NCBI GenBank assembly: GCA_045641485.1
Contig: JAZUHA010000308.1
Location: 1-38,834, forward strand
Source: Acutalibacteraceae bacterium
Lineage (GTDB): Bacteria; Bacillota; Clostridia; Oscillospirales; Acutalibacteraceae
Direction of reading: 5' to 3'
Length of the DNA: 38,834 nt
Shown here: positions 27,054 to 35,053 of the stretch, piece after piece
How positions within the stretch are numbered: the stretch's first letter is position 1
Layout of the letters: each line of letters begins with the position of its first letter
Position numbers and translations under genes: made by a program
Notes under the pieces: generated by a model
What the model saw: the letters and a program-made list of their open reading frames with translations, nothing else
Databases searched by the model: none
Told to the model about the DNA's origin: nothing

Positions 27054-27338
27054 TCACCTTGCAATGGGAAGAAACTCAAGCTTCAATCTCATACCCATTC
27101 CTTCGGCAAGTCGCTGTAATGTTTTAAGCGAAGGATTTGCACTGCCGCTTTCAAGTCGGCTTATATCCGCTTGTGTAATACCTGTTTTTTCCGAAAGTTC
27201 TTTTTGCGTCATACCCGTAGTTTGTCTTGCATCTATAATCGCCTGAATAATCGCAAATTCCGGTCGCAAAGCATCATACTCCTTTTTGAATTCCGGATCA
27301 GACAACTGTTCATTCAAAAAATCGTTAAAATTTGTCAT
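27054..27338 (-). CDS. higA: HigA-type XRE-family HTH antitoxin
   Basis: 94-aa ORF; HTH MTQKELSEKTGITQADISRLESG; follows the toxin gene. Confidence 0.8.
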   Translation of the reverse strand: MTNFNDFLNEQLSDPEFKKEYDALRPEFAIIQAIIDARQTTGMTQKELSEKTGITQADISRLESGSANPSLKTLQRLAEGMGMRLKLEFLPIAR

Positions 27339-27343
27339 TTATA

Positions 27344-27691
27344 TCACTCCCTGTCTAAATAATCATTTCGGTATTTTTTTGCAAGTTCGATTTCACTCTT
27401 CGGCGTTTTTTGTGTTTTCTTTATAAAACCGTTTGTAATAACTATCTTTTTCCCTACCACAAAAAAATAAAAAACTCTTGATATGTCAGAACCGAATTTT
27501 GCACGCAATTCAAAAATCCCATCCGTAAGATGTTTTGAATACGGTTCACGAAGTGCCGAACCATTCTCAGCTAACAATTCAATCAGCATAACGGTTTTTG
27601 CACGGAGCTTCGTGTCTAACGACAGCAAAAACTCTTTTGCCGGCTCCGTTCCGTCAGGCTTGTCATAAAATACGATTTCAAATTCCCGCAC
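27344..27691 (-). CDS. higB: HigB/Gp49-like (RelE/ParE superfamily) toxin
   Basis: 115-aa ORF, GTG start with GGGAG SD; pattern L ... G.FELR ... RVFYFF ... ITNGFIKKTQKTP typical of the Gp49/HigB family. Confidence 0.75.
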   Translation of the reverse strand: MREFEIVFYDKPDGTEPAKEFLLSLDTKLRAKTVMLIELLAENGSALREPYSKHLTDGIFELRAKFGSDISRVFYFFVVGKKIVITNGFIKKTQKTPKSEIELAKKYRNDYLDRE

Positions 27692-27733
27692 TTCTTATTC
27701 TCCCTTAAACATAAATCTTTTGTTCTCAACATT

Positions 27734-27762
27734 ATTATATGTGATAAATCACATATTGTCAA
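27734..27762 (-). promoter_or_regulatory. consensus promoter with palindromic operator for higBA
   Basis: Minus strand TTGACA-17 nt-TATAAT; spacer contains ATATGTGAT-AA-ATCACATAT. Confidence 0.65.
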
Positions 27763-27782
27763 TAGAGAACAATATTTACCGG

Positions 27783-27813
27783 TTGATTTACACATAATAA
27801 TTATGTGTATAAT
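27783..27813 (+). promoter_or_regulatory. second, shortened copy of the RelE-operon promoter/operator with no cargo
   Basis: atatttaccggttgatttacacataataattatgtgtataat matches 26022-26065, but the palindrome is 2 nt shorter (spacer 15 or 19 nt). It runs directly into hairpin copy C. Confidence 0.5.
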
Positions 27814-27821
27814 AAAAAATG

Positions 27822-27859
27822 ACACTTTCCGAAACCGCAAGGCAACGGAAAGTATTTTT
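27822..27859. terminator. repeated hairpin terminator, copy C
   Basis: Same block as copy B, including the preceding ATAAAAATGA. Confidence 0.7.
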
Positions 27860-27876
27860 ATAAATACAAAACCGAG

Positions 27877-27905
27877 TAGACAAATATTAAAATCTATGGT
27901 AAAAT
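27877..27905 (+). promoter_or_regulatory. promoter of the secreted hydrolase gene
   Basis: TAGACA-17 nt-TAAAAT with TG extended -10. Confidence 0.45.
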
Positions 27906-27933
27906 CAAGAAAAATCACACGGGAGGTCATTTT

Positions 27934-29466
27934 ATGAAAAAGGCATTATCTTTATTCCTTGTTTTTGTTCTTTCTCTTTGTTTATTTACCCCGGCATTTG
28001 CGGAATTTGACGGAAAATGCGACTGCGGTTTTTCGCCGATTATTTATGTCGGACCTTTAGGCTGTGCATCAATAGTGCGTGATGCGGGGCAAAGTAATGA
28101 GCAGACGCTCTGGAAAATCGACACGGGTTTTCTTCTTTCAAACCTTGCAAAAGTTCTTCCCGACACAGGAAAAGCAATAGTTAAAAATAACACCGCTCTT
28201 TTAGGCGACAAGCTTGTTGAATTTATTTGGGATACATTCGGCGACCTTGCACTTGACGGTGACGGCAAGTCAAAAGAAAACGTCACAACGCCCGACCTTA
28301 ATGTTCCCGAAGGAAGCCGTCACGGGCTTGACAGTGACTATTATTTCAATTACGATTTCCGTCTTGACCCGTTCACCCACGCCGAAAGGCTTCACGAATT
28401 CATAGCCGAGGTTAAAGAACTTACCGGGCACGACAGCGTTAAATTAAAATGCTCAAGCATGGGCGGTGTTGTGCTTTCCGCTTATCTTGAAAAATACGGC
28501 TGTGACGGAATTGATGTTATAATCTGCCGTTGCTGTCCGCTTTGGGGCACGGCTGTTGCCGGCGAGCTTTTTAACGGCAAACTTGAACTTAATGCCGAAT
28601 CACTGCGCCGTTACGGTGAAGATGCAATACCCTTTATGGAAACGGGCTTTGCAGACGATTTTGTTGAGGGTACTCTGTATGCCGTTTTGCAGGGGCTTAA
28701 ATATTCGGGATTACTTGACAAAATAATCTCCCTCGGCAACGGTGTTTTAGAGGATATAGGCGACCGCCTGTTTAACGAAGCACTCATACCGATTTTCGGC
28801 ACATTCCTCGGAATATGGGCTTTTGTTCCCGAAGAGTACTATGAGGGCGCACTCGAATTTATGAAAGTTCAGCGTGACGGAGACCTTTACAGACAGATAG
28901 CCGCCTACCGCACGGCACAGAAAAACATCTCCGCAAATCTTACAAAAGCACGGGAAAACGGCGTTAATGTATGTATAACCTGCGGCTACAATGTTCAGCG
29001 TACACCTTTGGTTTCTCTTTGGAAATCAACTTCAGACGGCACCGTAGATACAAAATACGCTTCTCTCGGTGCTACCTGCGGTAATACAAAAGAAACACTC
29101 CCCGAAGATTATATATCTTCACTCGAAAATACCGGTTATCTTTCCCCCGATAAAATGATAGATGCTTCCACCTGCGAACTTAAAGACTGCACATGGTTTT
29201 TCCGTGACTGGCTCCATTGCAACGGCAACCCCGCCATTGACGAATTTTATAACCTTGTTATGACAAATGAAGAGCCCGTTAATATAAACACATTCACTGA
29301 TTATCCGCAGTTTATGAAAATAGACGACAACGCAAACACTCTTACACCCGTTACCGAAAACGAAAGCTACGGTAGTGCATTCAAAAACAGCCCGTCTTAT
29401 CTCAATTTCATACGCTTTATATTTGAACTTTTGGGGAGAATTTTCAATAATATCTCCGTTAAATAA
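27934..29466 (+). CDS. secreted alpha/beta-hydrolase, lipase/LCAT-like
   Basis: 510-aa ORF; signal peptide ending AFA-EF; nucleophile-elbow-like KCSSMGG. Confidence 0.5.
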   Translation: MKKALSLFLVFVLSLCLFTPAFAEFDGKCDCGFSPIIYVGPLGCASIVRDAGQSNEQTLWKIDTGFLLSNLAKVLPDTGKAIVKNNTALLGDKLVEFIWDTFGDLALDGDGKSKENVTTPDLNVPEGSRHGLDSDYYFNYDFRLDPFTHAERLHEFIAEVKELTGHDSVKLKCSSMGGVVLSAYLEKYGCDGIDVIICRCCPLWGTAVAGELFNGKLELNAESLRRYGEDAIPFMETGFADDFVEGTLYAVLQGLKYSGLLDKIISLGNGVLEDIGDRLFNEALIPIFGTFLGIWAFVPEEYYEGALEFMKVQRDGDLYRQIAAYRTAQKNISANLTKARENGVNVCITCGYNVQRTPLVSLWKSTSDGTVDTKYASLGATCGNTKETLPEDYISSLENTGYLSPDKMIDASTCELKDCTWFFRDWLHCNGNPAIDEFYNLVMTNEEPVNINTFTDYPQFMKIDDNANTLTPVTENESYGSAFKNSPSYLNFIRFIFELLGRIFNNISVK

Positions 29467-29534
29467 AATTTTTATTGAAGATACACCCGGAATATGTATA
29501 TAATATAATCAGAAAAACCGAAAGGAGTATATTT

Positions 29535-29825
29535 ATGTTGACAAGAGCGGAAATTGAAAATTCAATAAAAATTCTTATTAAACGCTATAATGCAGAATAT
29601 GCTCTGCTGTTCGGCTCTTATGCCCGTAATGAACAAACAGCCGATTCCGATATCGATGTACTTGTTTTCGGCGGTGAGAATTTTAAAAAAATAAATATTT
29701 TCGCTTTTGCCGAGGAATTACGACAGATGACCGGCAAAAAAGTTGATGCATTTGAAATATGTGAGGTTGACCAATCCACGCAGTTTTATCTGAATGTTAT
29801 AAATGAAGGTGTTAAGATAGCATGA
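29535..29825 (+). CDS. minimal nucleotidyltransferase (MNT) antitoxin of a HEPN-MNT pair
   Basis: 96 aa from the ATG with AGGAG SD; GSYARNE ... SDIDVLV motif; ATGA overlap with the next ORF. Confidence 0.8.
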   Translation: MLTRAEIENSIKILIKRYNAEYALLFGSYARNEQTADSDIDVLVFGGENFKKINIFAFAEELRQMTGKKVDAFEICEVDQSTQFYLNVINEGVKIA

Positions 29826-30157
29826 TTAAATCCGACTCCGAAAGAATAAAAAAGATTATTTCAATATGGAATTCTTTACAAATTCAAATTAAAGAACACT
29901 CTATAAACCGTGAAAATCTTCTTAACGATGAATTTTTGCAATGGGCTGTTACAACACCGCTTTATAATATCGGCGAATAGGTATATAAAATCAGCGACGA
30001 AATGAAAAAACAACATCCGGAAATAATTTGGAATGTTGTTTCCGGATTAAGGCACCGTTTAGTACACGATTACGAAGGCATAAATTGGACTATTATTGTA
30101 GAAGTGGTTTTTGACGAAATGTCGGATTTTATAAAATCAATAGAAAATTTAATATAA
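29822..30157 (+). pseudogene. HEPN (DUF86) toxin interrupted by an in-frame TAG
   Basis: 111 codons in one frame with TAG at 29978-29980 (codon 53). The downstream half carries the RX4-6H motif RHRLVHDY. Both halves fall below the track threshold. Confidence 0.7.
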
Positions 30158-30182
30158 TCTACTCGAAATAAAACAATCAAAC

Positions 30183-30231
30183 AAAAACCGATTTATTTTT
30201 CTTTTATAACAAAGAATTATAAATCGGTTTT
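30183..30231. terminator. bidirectional terminator-like hairpin
   Basis: AAAAACCGATTTAT ... ATAAATCGGTTTTT, 14-bp stem between convergent genes. Confidence 0.5.
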
Positions 30232-30263
30232 TAACAAATGATAGCCGGAAAGTGCTGACTGTA

Positions 30264-30698
30264 TTACAGGTATTCCCTCATATCCTCAATAAGCCCCTGT
30301 TCAAGTTTTATAAGTTTTTTCGTGATATCCTTTGATTTTTCATCTGCGGCGGCGTACTGATTAAGGTATTTATTTAAAGATTTTACACCCATATTACATC
30401 CGTCTGTCATAAGACTTGCTATTGTATTGTCGGAATTGTTTACCGCCATTTCCATATTTGTTTTCATCCAACTCATACCTTTTGCCATGGGGTTGGGCGA
30501 CTTTCCGTCATCGTGATATGTGTCAAGTAAACCCGTAACCTCGGTTTTTAATTTTTCGTGAGCGTGTTTACAGTCTGAAAGCGTTGATTTCATTTTACTG
30601 TTATGAACTCTGTCTATGACATCACTTATGGAAGCAACACCCATTTCCACACCGCTGTCACATTCTCTTAAAAGTTTAATGGTATCGTTTTCTATCAT
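30264..30698 (-). CDS. hypothetical helical protein
   Basis: 144 aa from the ATG with AGGGGA SD (MIENDTIKLL...); predicted all-helical by composition; no family recognised with confidence. Confidence 0.6.
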   Translation of the reverse strand: MIENDTIKLLRECDSGVEMGVASISDVIDRVHNSKMKSTLSDCKHAHEKLKTEVTGLLDTYHDDGKSPNPMAKGMSWMKTNMEMAVNNSDNTIASLMTDGCNMGVKSLNKYLNQYAAADEKSKDITKKLIKLEQGLIEDMREYL

Positions 30699-30890
30699 AA
30701 AAATTCCCCTTTCGGTTTTTATCTTATTATGCACCGAAAAAAGCAATTTATAAGTTTCCGACTTTCGTTTTTTATCGGTTTTATTCAAATATAAAAATAT
30801 GCGAAGATACTTCAAATTACATAATCTTATTGATACTTAAAACTTTTTGTGTTAATATATGTATATAATATGTATACGGAGATGTAAAAA

Positions 30891-31721
30891 ATGAGTGAAT
30901 GTACACACAACTGCGAAACATGTTCGCAGAACTGTTCTTCAAGAAACGCTTCCGCTCCCGAAAGTTTTCTTGAAAAACCCAATGAACTTTCAAACATCAA
31001 AAAGGTTATTGCCGTTGTAAGCGGCAAGGGCGGCGTGGGAAAATCGCTTGTAACTTCGCTTCTTGCGGTTACAATGAAACGCCGGGGATTTAATACCGCT
31101 GTACTTGATGCCGATATAACGGGTCCGTCTATACCGAAAACCTTCGGTATTCATGAGCGTGCCACGGGAAGCGATGCGGGAATTTTCCCCGTAGAAACAA
31201 AAACAGGCATAAACATTATGTCAGTCAACCTGCTTCTCGAAAACGATACAGACCCCGTTGTATGGCGTGGCCCCGTAATCGCCGGAACGGTAAAACAGTT
31301 CTGGACCGATGTTGTCTGGGGCGATGTTGACTATATGTTTGTTGATATGCCTCCCGGAACCGGCGATGTTCCGCTTACCGTTTTCCAGAGCATACCGGTT
31401 GACGGTATAATAATCGTAGGCACTCCCGCGGAACTTGTTGAAATGATTGTGGAAAAAGCCGTAAAAATGGCAAACCTTATGAATATACCCGTTTTGGCAT
31501 TTGTTGAAAATATGTCTTACTTCCTTTGCCCCGATTGCGGCAAAAAGCACCGTATTTTCGGTGAGAGCAACATTAGTACGATAGCCGAAAAATACGGCGT
31601 AAAAACAGTTGCGGAAATCCCCGTAAACGAAAAACTGCCGAGAAGCGTAGATGCCGGTGCGGTAGAACTTTTTGAAGGCGACTGGCTCGAAGAAATCGCA
31701 GACGTTCTTGAAAAAATATAA
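30891..31721 (+). CDS. Mrp/NBP35-family iron-sulfur cluster carrier ATPase
   Basis: 276-aa ORF; deviant Walker A SGKGGVGKS, CPDCG motif, Cys-rich N-terminus CTHNCETCSQNC. Confidence 0.88.
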   Translation: MSECTHNCETCSQNCSSRNASAPESFLEKPNELSNIKKVIAVVSGKGGVGKSLVTSLLAVTMKRRGFNTAVLDADITGPSIPKTFGIHERATGSDAGIFPVETKTGINIMSVNLLLENDTDPVVWRGPVIAGTVKQFWTDVVWGDVDYMFVDMPPGTGDVPLTVFQSIPVDGIIIVGTPAELVEMIVEKAVKMANLMNIPVLAFVENMSYFLCPDCGKKHRIFGESNISTIAEKYGVKTVAEIPVNEKLPRSVDAGAVELFEGDWLEEIADVLEKI

Positions 31722-31760
31722 TAAGAACAGGTGATGTCACACAACAGTCCTAAAAAGAAA

Positions 31761-31805
31761 AAGCGAGTCAAAGCACTGAAAAGCAGTGCAAACGGCTCGC
31801 TTTTC
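31761..31805 (+). terminator. intrinsic terminator after the mrp-like gene
   Basis: AGCGAG ... CTCGCT outer stem with inner GCACTG/CAGTGC, followed by TTTTCC. Confidence 0.55.
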
Positions 31806-31952
31806 CGGTACAATTGCAGTTAATTAAAAAACAAATAACCGGTACTGATTATCGCATATTTCCTCGGAATATGAAACCGGAAATTGATGAATTTTTTAAG
31901 ACGAGTGGACGTTCCTGCCCGAATAAGCGCTTTGTCATCCTTTTAATTCCTT

Positions 31953-32453
31953 TCAATCCGTCTTTTCGATATGTGTTGCAACTTTAGAATATCGGTAATA
32001 TGTTACCGAGTAAGTGTGGTTATCAGTTTTCTCTTTAATTTCTTCCATCAAATCTTTAAAGATAATTATTTTCATTCGTTTTCCTTTATTGGTTTTTAAA
32101 TAGCACTTGTAAAAATAATCATTTTTTGATTTTGTACCCGGAACATAACCATAAAATCTGCTTGTTTCTGCTTTCAATAAATGCACAGATGAAATACATT
32201 GTTTTTTCATTCTAATGTCAAGCAAAAGCGAAAAGAAAAACTTATTTGACGGAATGTCCGCTATAAAGAAAATCGGAAGAATTATAACCAATTTCAAAGC
32301 ACTTCCTATATCCGAAGATGTGTAAGAAGAACTTTGTGCATTGACTAAAATATTAAGCTCCCTGAAAAAGAACGGAAATGAACAAATAAACAACAACCAA
32401 AATATAATAACAAGAGGCATTCTGTCTTTTTTTATAATTTTCAAATATTCCAT
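31953..32453 (-). CDS. hypothetical membrane protein
   Basis: 166 aa from the ATG with GAGGA SD; two hydrophobic segments then a Lys/Tyr-rich C-terminal domain. Confidence 0.55.
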   Translation of the reverse strand: MEYLKIIKKDRMPLVIIFWLLFICSFPFFFRELNILVNAQSSSYTSSDIGSALKLVIILPIFFIADIPSNKFFFSLLLDIRMKKQCISSVHLLKAETSRFYGYVPGTKSKNDYFYKCYLKTNKGKRMKIIIFKDLMEEIKEKTDNHTYSVTYYRYSKVATHIEKTD

Positions 32454-32480
32454 AAAAGTCAATCCTCAAATATACTAACA

Positions 32481-32632
32481 AGGACGAGGGGACGGTTCTA
32501 TGTCCTGTCCGTCTTAATGCTTTTTATCAATCTGACAGCCGGTTTTTTGTTGAAAAACAGGACAAATTGTCTTGTCTTTTACCGTTTTTCAATGTTTTGG
32601 AGGCAGGACATAGAATCGTCCCCTTGTCCTCC
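32481..32632 (+). mobile_element. MITE-like ~152-nt palindromic element, copy 1
   Basis: 26-bp terminal inverted repeats GGACGAGGGGACGGTTCTATGTCCTG / CAGGACATAGAATCGTCCCCTTGTCC; internal hairpin plus T-run; no ORF. Confidence 0.65.
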
Positions 32633-32703
32633 CAAAGCTCAACTACTCGTCTTCTTCGTCACCATCACCAACAACGATATCACTTACATCAATATCGTCA
32701 ATG

Positions 32704-33456
32704 TCAACATCGATGATTTCTCCATTTCTCGTAATAAGAAACATCTGCTACCTCACATGACTCCAGGTACTTCTTGAGTTTTCCTGACATAGGCTTAAAT
32801 GTCGCAAGCGTAAGTCCGCCGGATACTACGGCACCTACGACAGGCACTGCCTTGGAAACTCCCTTTGCAAAAATCTCCTTTGTCATCTTTACACCTAATA
32901 AAGCACAGATCTTCTTTACAATGGGATAAATCACACCTTTAGTAAGTGCCTTCTGTGGCAGTTTCTTTGCTACCTGCTTAGCAACCTGTCCGGCAATTTT
33001 ATTGACCGCATTTACGGCGCCATTAACTCCAAACATGATTCCCACGAACAATGTCAAAATATTTTTTGTTTCCTCATTCAGTTCGCTTTCATCAAGGTTC
33101 AAATCCTGCCAACCATAAAGATATATAAGCTCTTGGATGACTCGTAAAATATGTCCGAAATACTGTGCCAAATCTACAGGCACGGTTCCTATCATTGCAA
33201 ATCCTCCAGGTATTCCGGCTGCAGCTGATATAGCAGTTACTCTTGTAGTTTCTGCATTAATACAGCTCTTTGCAATCTTATCAATATCTGCAACCGTAAT
33301 ACCTGCATAGGCAGGATTATATTCTATTGCCAAATCTACTACTTCCTTACTGTAGCGATTTCGAAGTTCTTTTCTTAAAAACAGTTCACGGTCTACTTTT
33401 ACAATTGGAAGCTTTGCAGCCTCCACAAGCACGGTTTCAAACTCAATTTTCTCCAT
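32704..33456 (-). CDS. EcsC-family protein
   Basis: 250-aa ORF; AAAGIPGGFAMIGTVPVDLAQYF ... LIYLYGW and later VPVVGAVVSGG resemble B. subtilis EcsC motifs; AAGGAGAG SD. Confidence 0.55.
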   Translation of the reverse strand: MEKIEFETVLVEAAKLPIVKVDRELFLRKELRNRYSKEVVDLAIEYNPAYAGITVADIDKIAKSCINAETTRVTAISAAAGIPGGFAMIGTVPVDLAQYFGHILRVIQELIYLYGWQDLNLDESELNEETKNILTLFVGIMFGVNGAVNAVNKIAGQVAKQVAKKLPQKALTKGVIYPIVKKICALLGVKMTKEIFAKGVSKAVPVVGAVVSGGLTLATFKPMSGKLKKYLESCEVADVSYYEKWRNHRC

Positions 33457-33586
33457 AATTTACTCTCCTTGTCTCAACTATAATTAGCCGTTTGTAAAAC
33501 TTGAAAAAGCCATACGGCACAAGGCTTTTTCGTGAAATATACTACTGATTTTTCTCCGCTTTTATGGTATAATTGTAGGTAAAAGG

Positions 33587-33740
33587 AAGGACGTGGGGAC
33601 GGTTCTATGTCTTGTCAATCTTAGTGCTTTTTATCAATCTGACAGCCGGTTTTTTGTTGAAAAACAGGACAAATTGTCTCATTTTTTTGCCGTTTTTTAA
33701 TGTCTCAAAGGCAGGACATAGAACCGTCCCCTTGTCCTCC
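33587..33740 (+). mobile_element. MITE-like ~152-nt palindromic element, copy 2
   Basis: Same orientation and ends as copy 1, roughly 85 percent identical by eye. Overlaps the last 36 nt of the 33705-34289 ORF. Confidence 0.65.
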
Positions 33741-34289
33741 TACGTATACTTGATTGATAACCTTCGAAGAAATTCTTTCCCATTGAGGGTAATCCTTAAG
33801 AATGTCCTCATATGATCGTGCAAGAACTCCACCTGAAATCTTCCCCTCCGCTCTTGTTTTTTGTGAGTCGAAAGAGAAACATTTAAAATTATCTCGTATA
33901 CTTGAATTTAAAAAGTAATCCGTATCAACCTTGGTTGATAGGAACGCAACAAGTTCTTTTACATAATCTTGCATTATCACCGCAACTGCACCATATAAGT
34001 TGCTGCGCCAAATATCAGCTTGTTGGATTTCCTCTTTGGTATTTTTTTGCCAAAACTTCTTTTGAGGTTGCACCATTGGATGCTCAACTAATTGAATCAA
34101 CTCATCAAACGACAACTGCGGCATTAATTCAAATCCGTTCTCTTGCCCCCAGCCAAAATCATACAACAATCTTTTGCGATATATCTCTCCTGTTTCAGTA
34201 TTTATATAAAGATCATCTTGATATTTTGAAAATACTGTTCCTTCATAGTCAGGAGAGAAGTGAATTGTGATATAAAAATATCGTTTCAT
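33705..34289 (-). CDS. hypothetical protein
   Basis: 194 aa from the ATG with GGAGGA SD (MKRYFYITIHF...); the last 11 codons are encoded by repeat copy 2. Confidence 0.55.
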   Translation of the reverse strand: MKRYFYITIHFSPDYEGTVFSKYQDDLYINTETGEIYRKRLLYDFGWGQENGFELMPQLSFDELIQLVEHPMVQPQKKFWQKNTKEEIQQADIWRSNLYGAVAVIMQDYVKELVAFLSTKVDTDYFLNSSIRDNFKCFSFDSQKTRAEGKISGGVLARSYEDILKDYPQWERISSKVINQVYVGGQGDGSMSCL

Positions 34290-34417
34290 ATATTCCTCCA
34301 CTCTCATTCGAAAATATGAATAAAGTTGCGAAACCGTTCTGCATCCTGCTGTAACTATCTGTTTTTATTACCTCAGTCGGACACGGAACCAACCCCTCGT
34401 TCAAACTTGGCATTGAA

Positions 34418-35029
34418 TCAACTACCCGTTTTGATTTGGGTTTTGCCGTTGACCGAAACCGAATAACCGTCATTATAGTTTTCAATAAAAGCATAATAGG
34501 TATAAAATTTTTTGTTAAGTGCACTGTTGAAACTGCTTGTGTATTCAAACACCGAATTGCAATTATCCGTTATTTCCGTTTCGCCGCCGTCAGCATCAAA
34601 AACGCTTATATAGTAATCGTCGGTTTCTTTAAACCGGTAAACACATACCGATATCCCGTCTGATGTTTTTTTAAAGACTTGCCGCATATCAGTACCCATA
34701 CCGATTTTGAAACGGTTATTTGTTTTGGGAATAATTGCATAAACATCGGTGTTCCCCTTTTCGCCGACAATAAAATCAGAATCATTACCGTTGACCGTTA
34801 ATTTAACTTTTCCGGTATGATTATAAGCGTATGCTTTTTCGGCTGTCGGGAATGAAACAAAAGCATTCTCAACGGGAAAAAGCGAAAACAAAGTTGTTAA
34901 CACCATCGCCGATATAAATGCGATTATGCGATTTCGGCGTTCGTTTTTTAAACGCTGCTTTTTAATTATTAAAAAAGCGGCAATAAGTACTATACAGAAA
35001 AAAATCAACCTTATGATAATAAACGGCAT
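34418..35029 (-). CDS. hypothetical membrane-anchored protein
   Basis: 203 aa from the ATG 7 nt after GGAGG; two N-terminal hydrophobic segments then a beta-rich-looking domain. Confidence 0.55.
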   Translation of the reverse strand: MPFIIIRLIFFCIVLIAAFLIIKKQRLKNERRNRIIAFISAMVLTTLFSLFPVENAFVSFPTAEKAYAYNHTGKVKLTVNGNDSDFIVGEKGNTDVYAIIPKTNNRFKIGMGTDMRQVFKKTSDGISVCVYRFKETDDYYISVFDADGGETEITDNCNSVFEYTSSFNSALNKKFYTYYAFIENYNDGYSVSVNGKTQIKTGS

Positions 35030-35053
35030 ATACAAACCTCCTATTTAACCAAA

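Noticed and set aside
29978-29980. TAG as pyrrolysine or programmed read-through in the HEPN gene
   Set aside because: TAG terminates ordinary genes here, for example murI. No pyl genes or PYLIS-like context are seen, so a nonsense mutation or sequencing error is the simpler explanation.
32481-33740. Integron attC sites or a CALIN cassette array
   Set aside because: The ends do not fit the R'' RYYYAAC / R' GTTRRRY boxes. The arms are near-perfect 26-bp repeats rather than the bulged attC structure, and no intI gene is present.
32517-33815. ORFs 32517-32777 and 33612-33815 (LFINLTAGFLLKNRTNC...)
   Set aside because: Both start inside the MITE-like element and run antisense into real minus-strand genes. 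Their shared N-termini are an artefact of the repeat.
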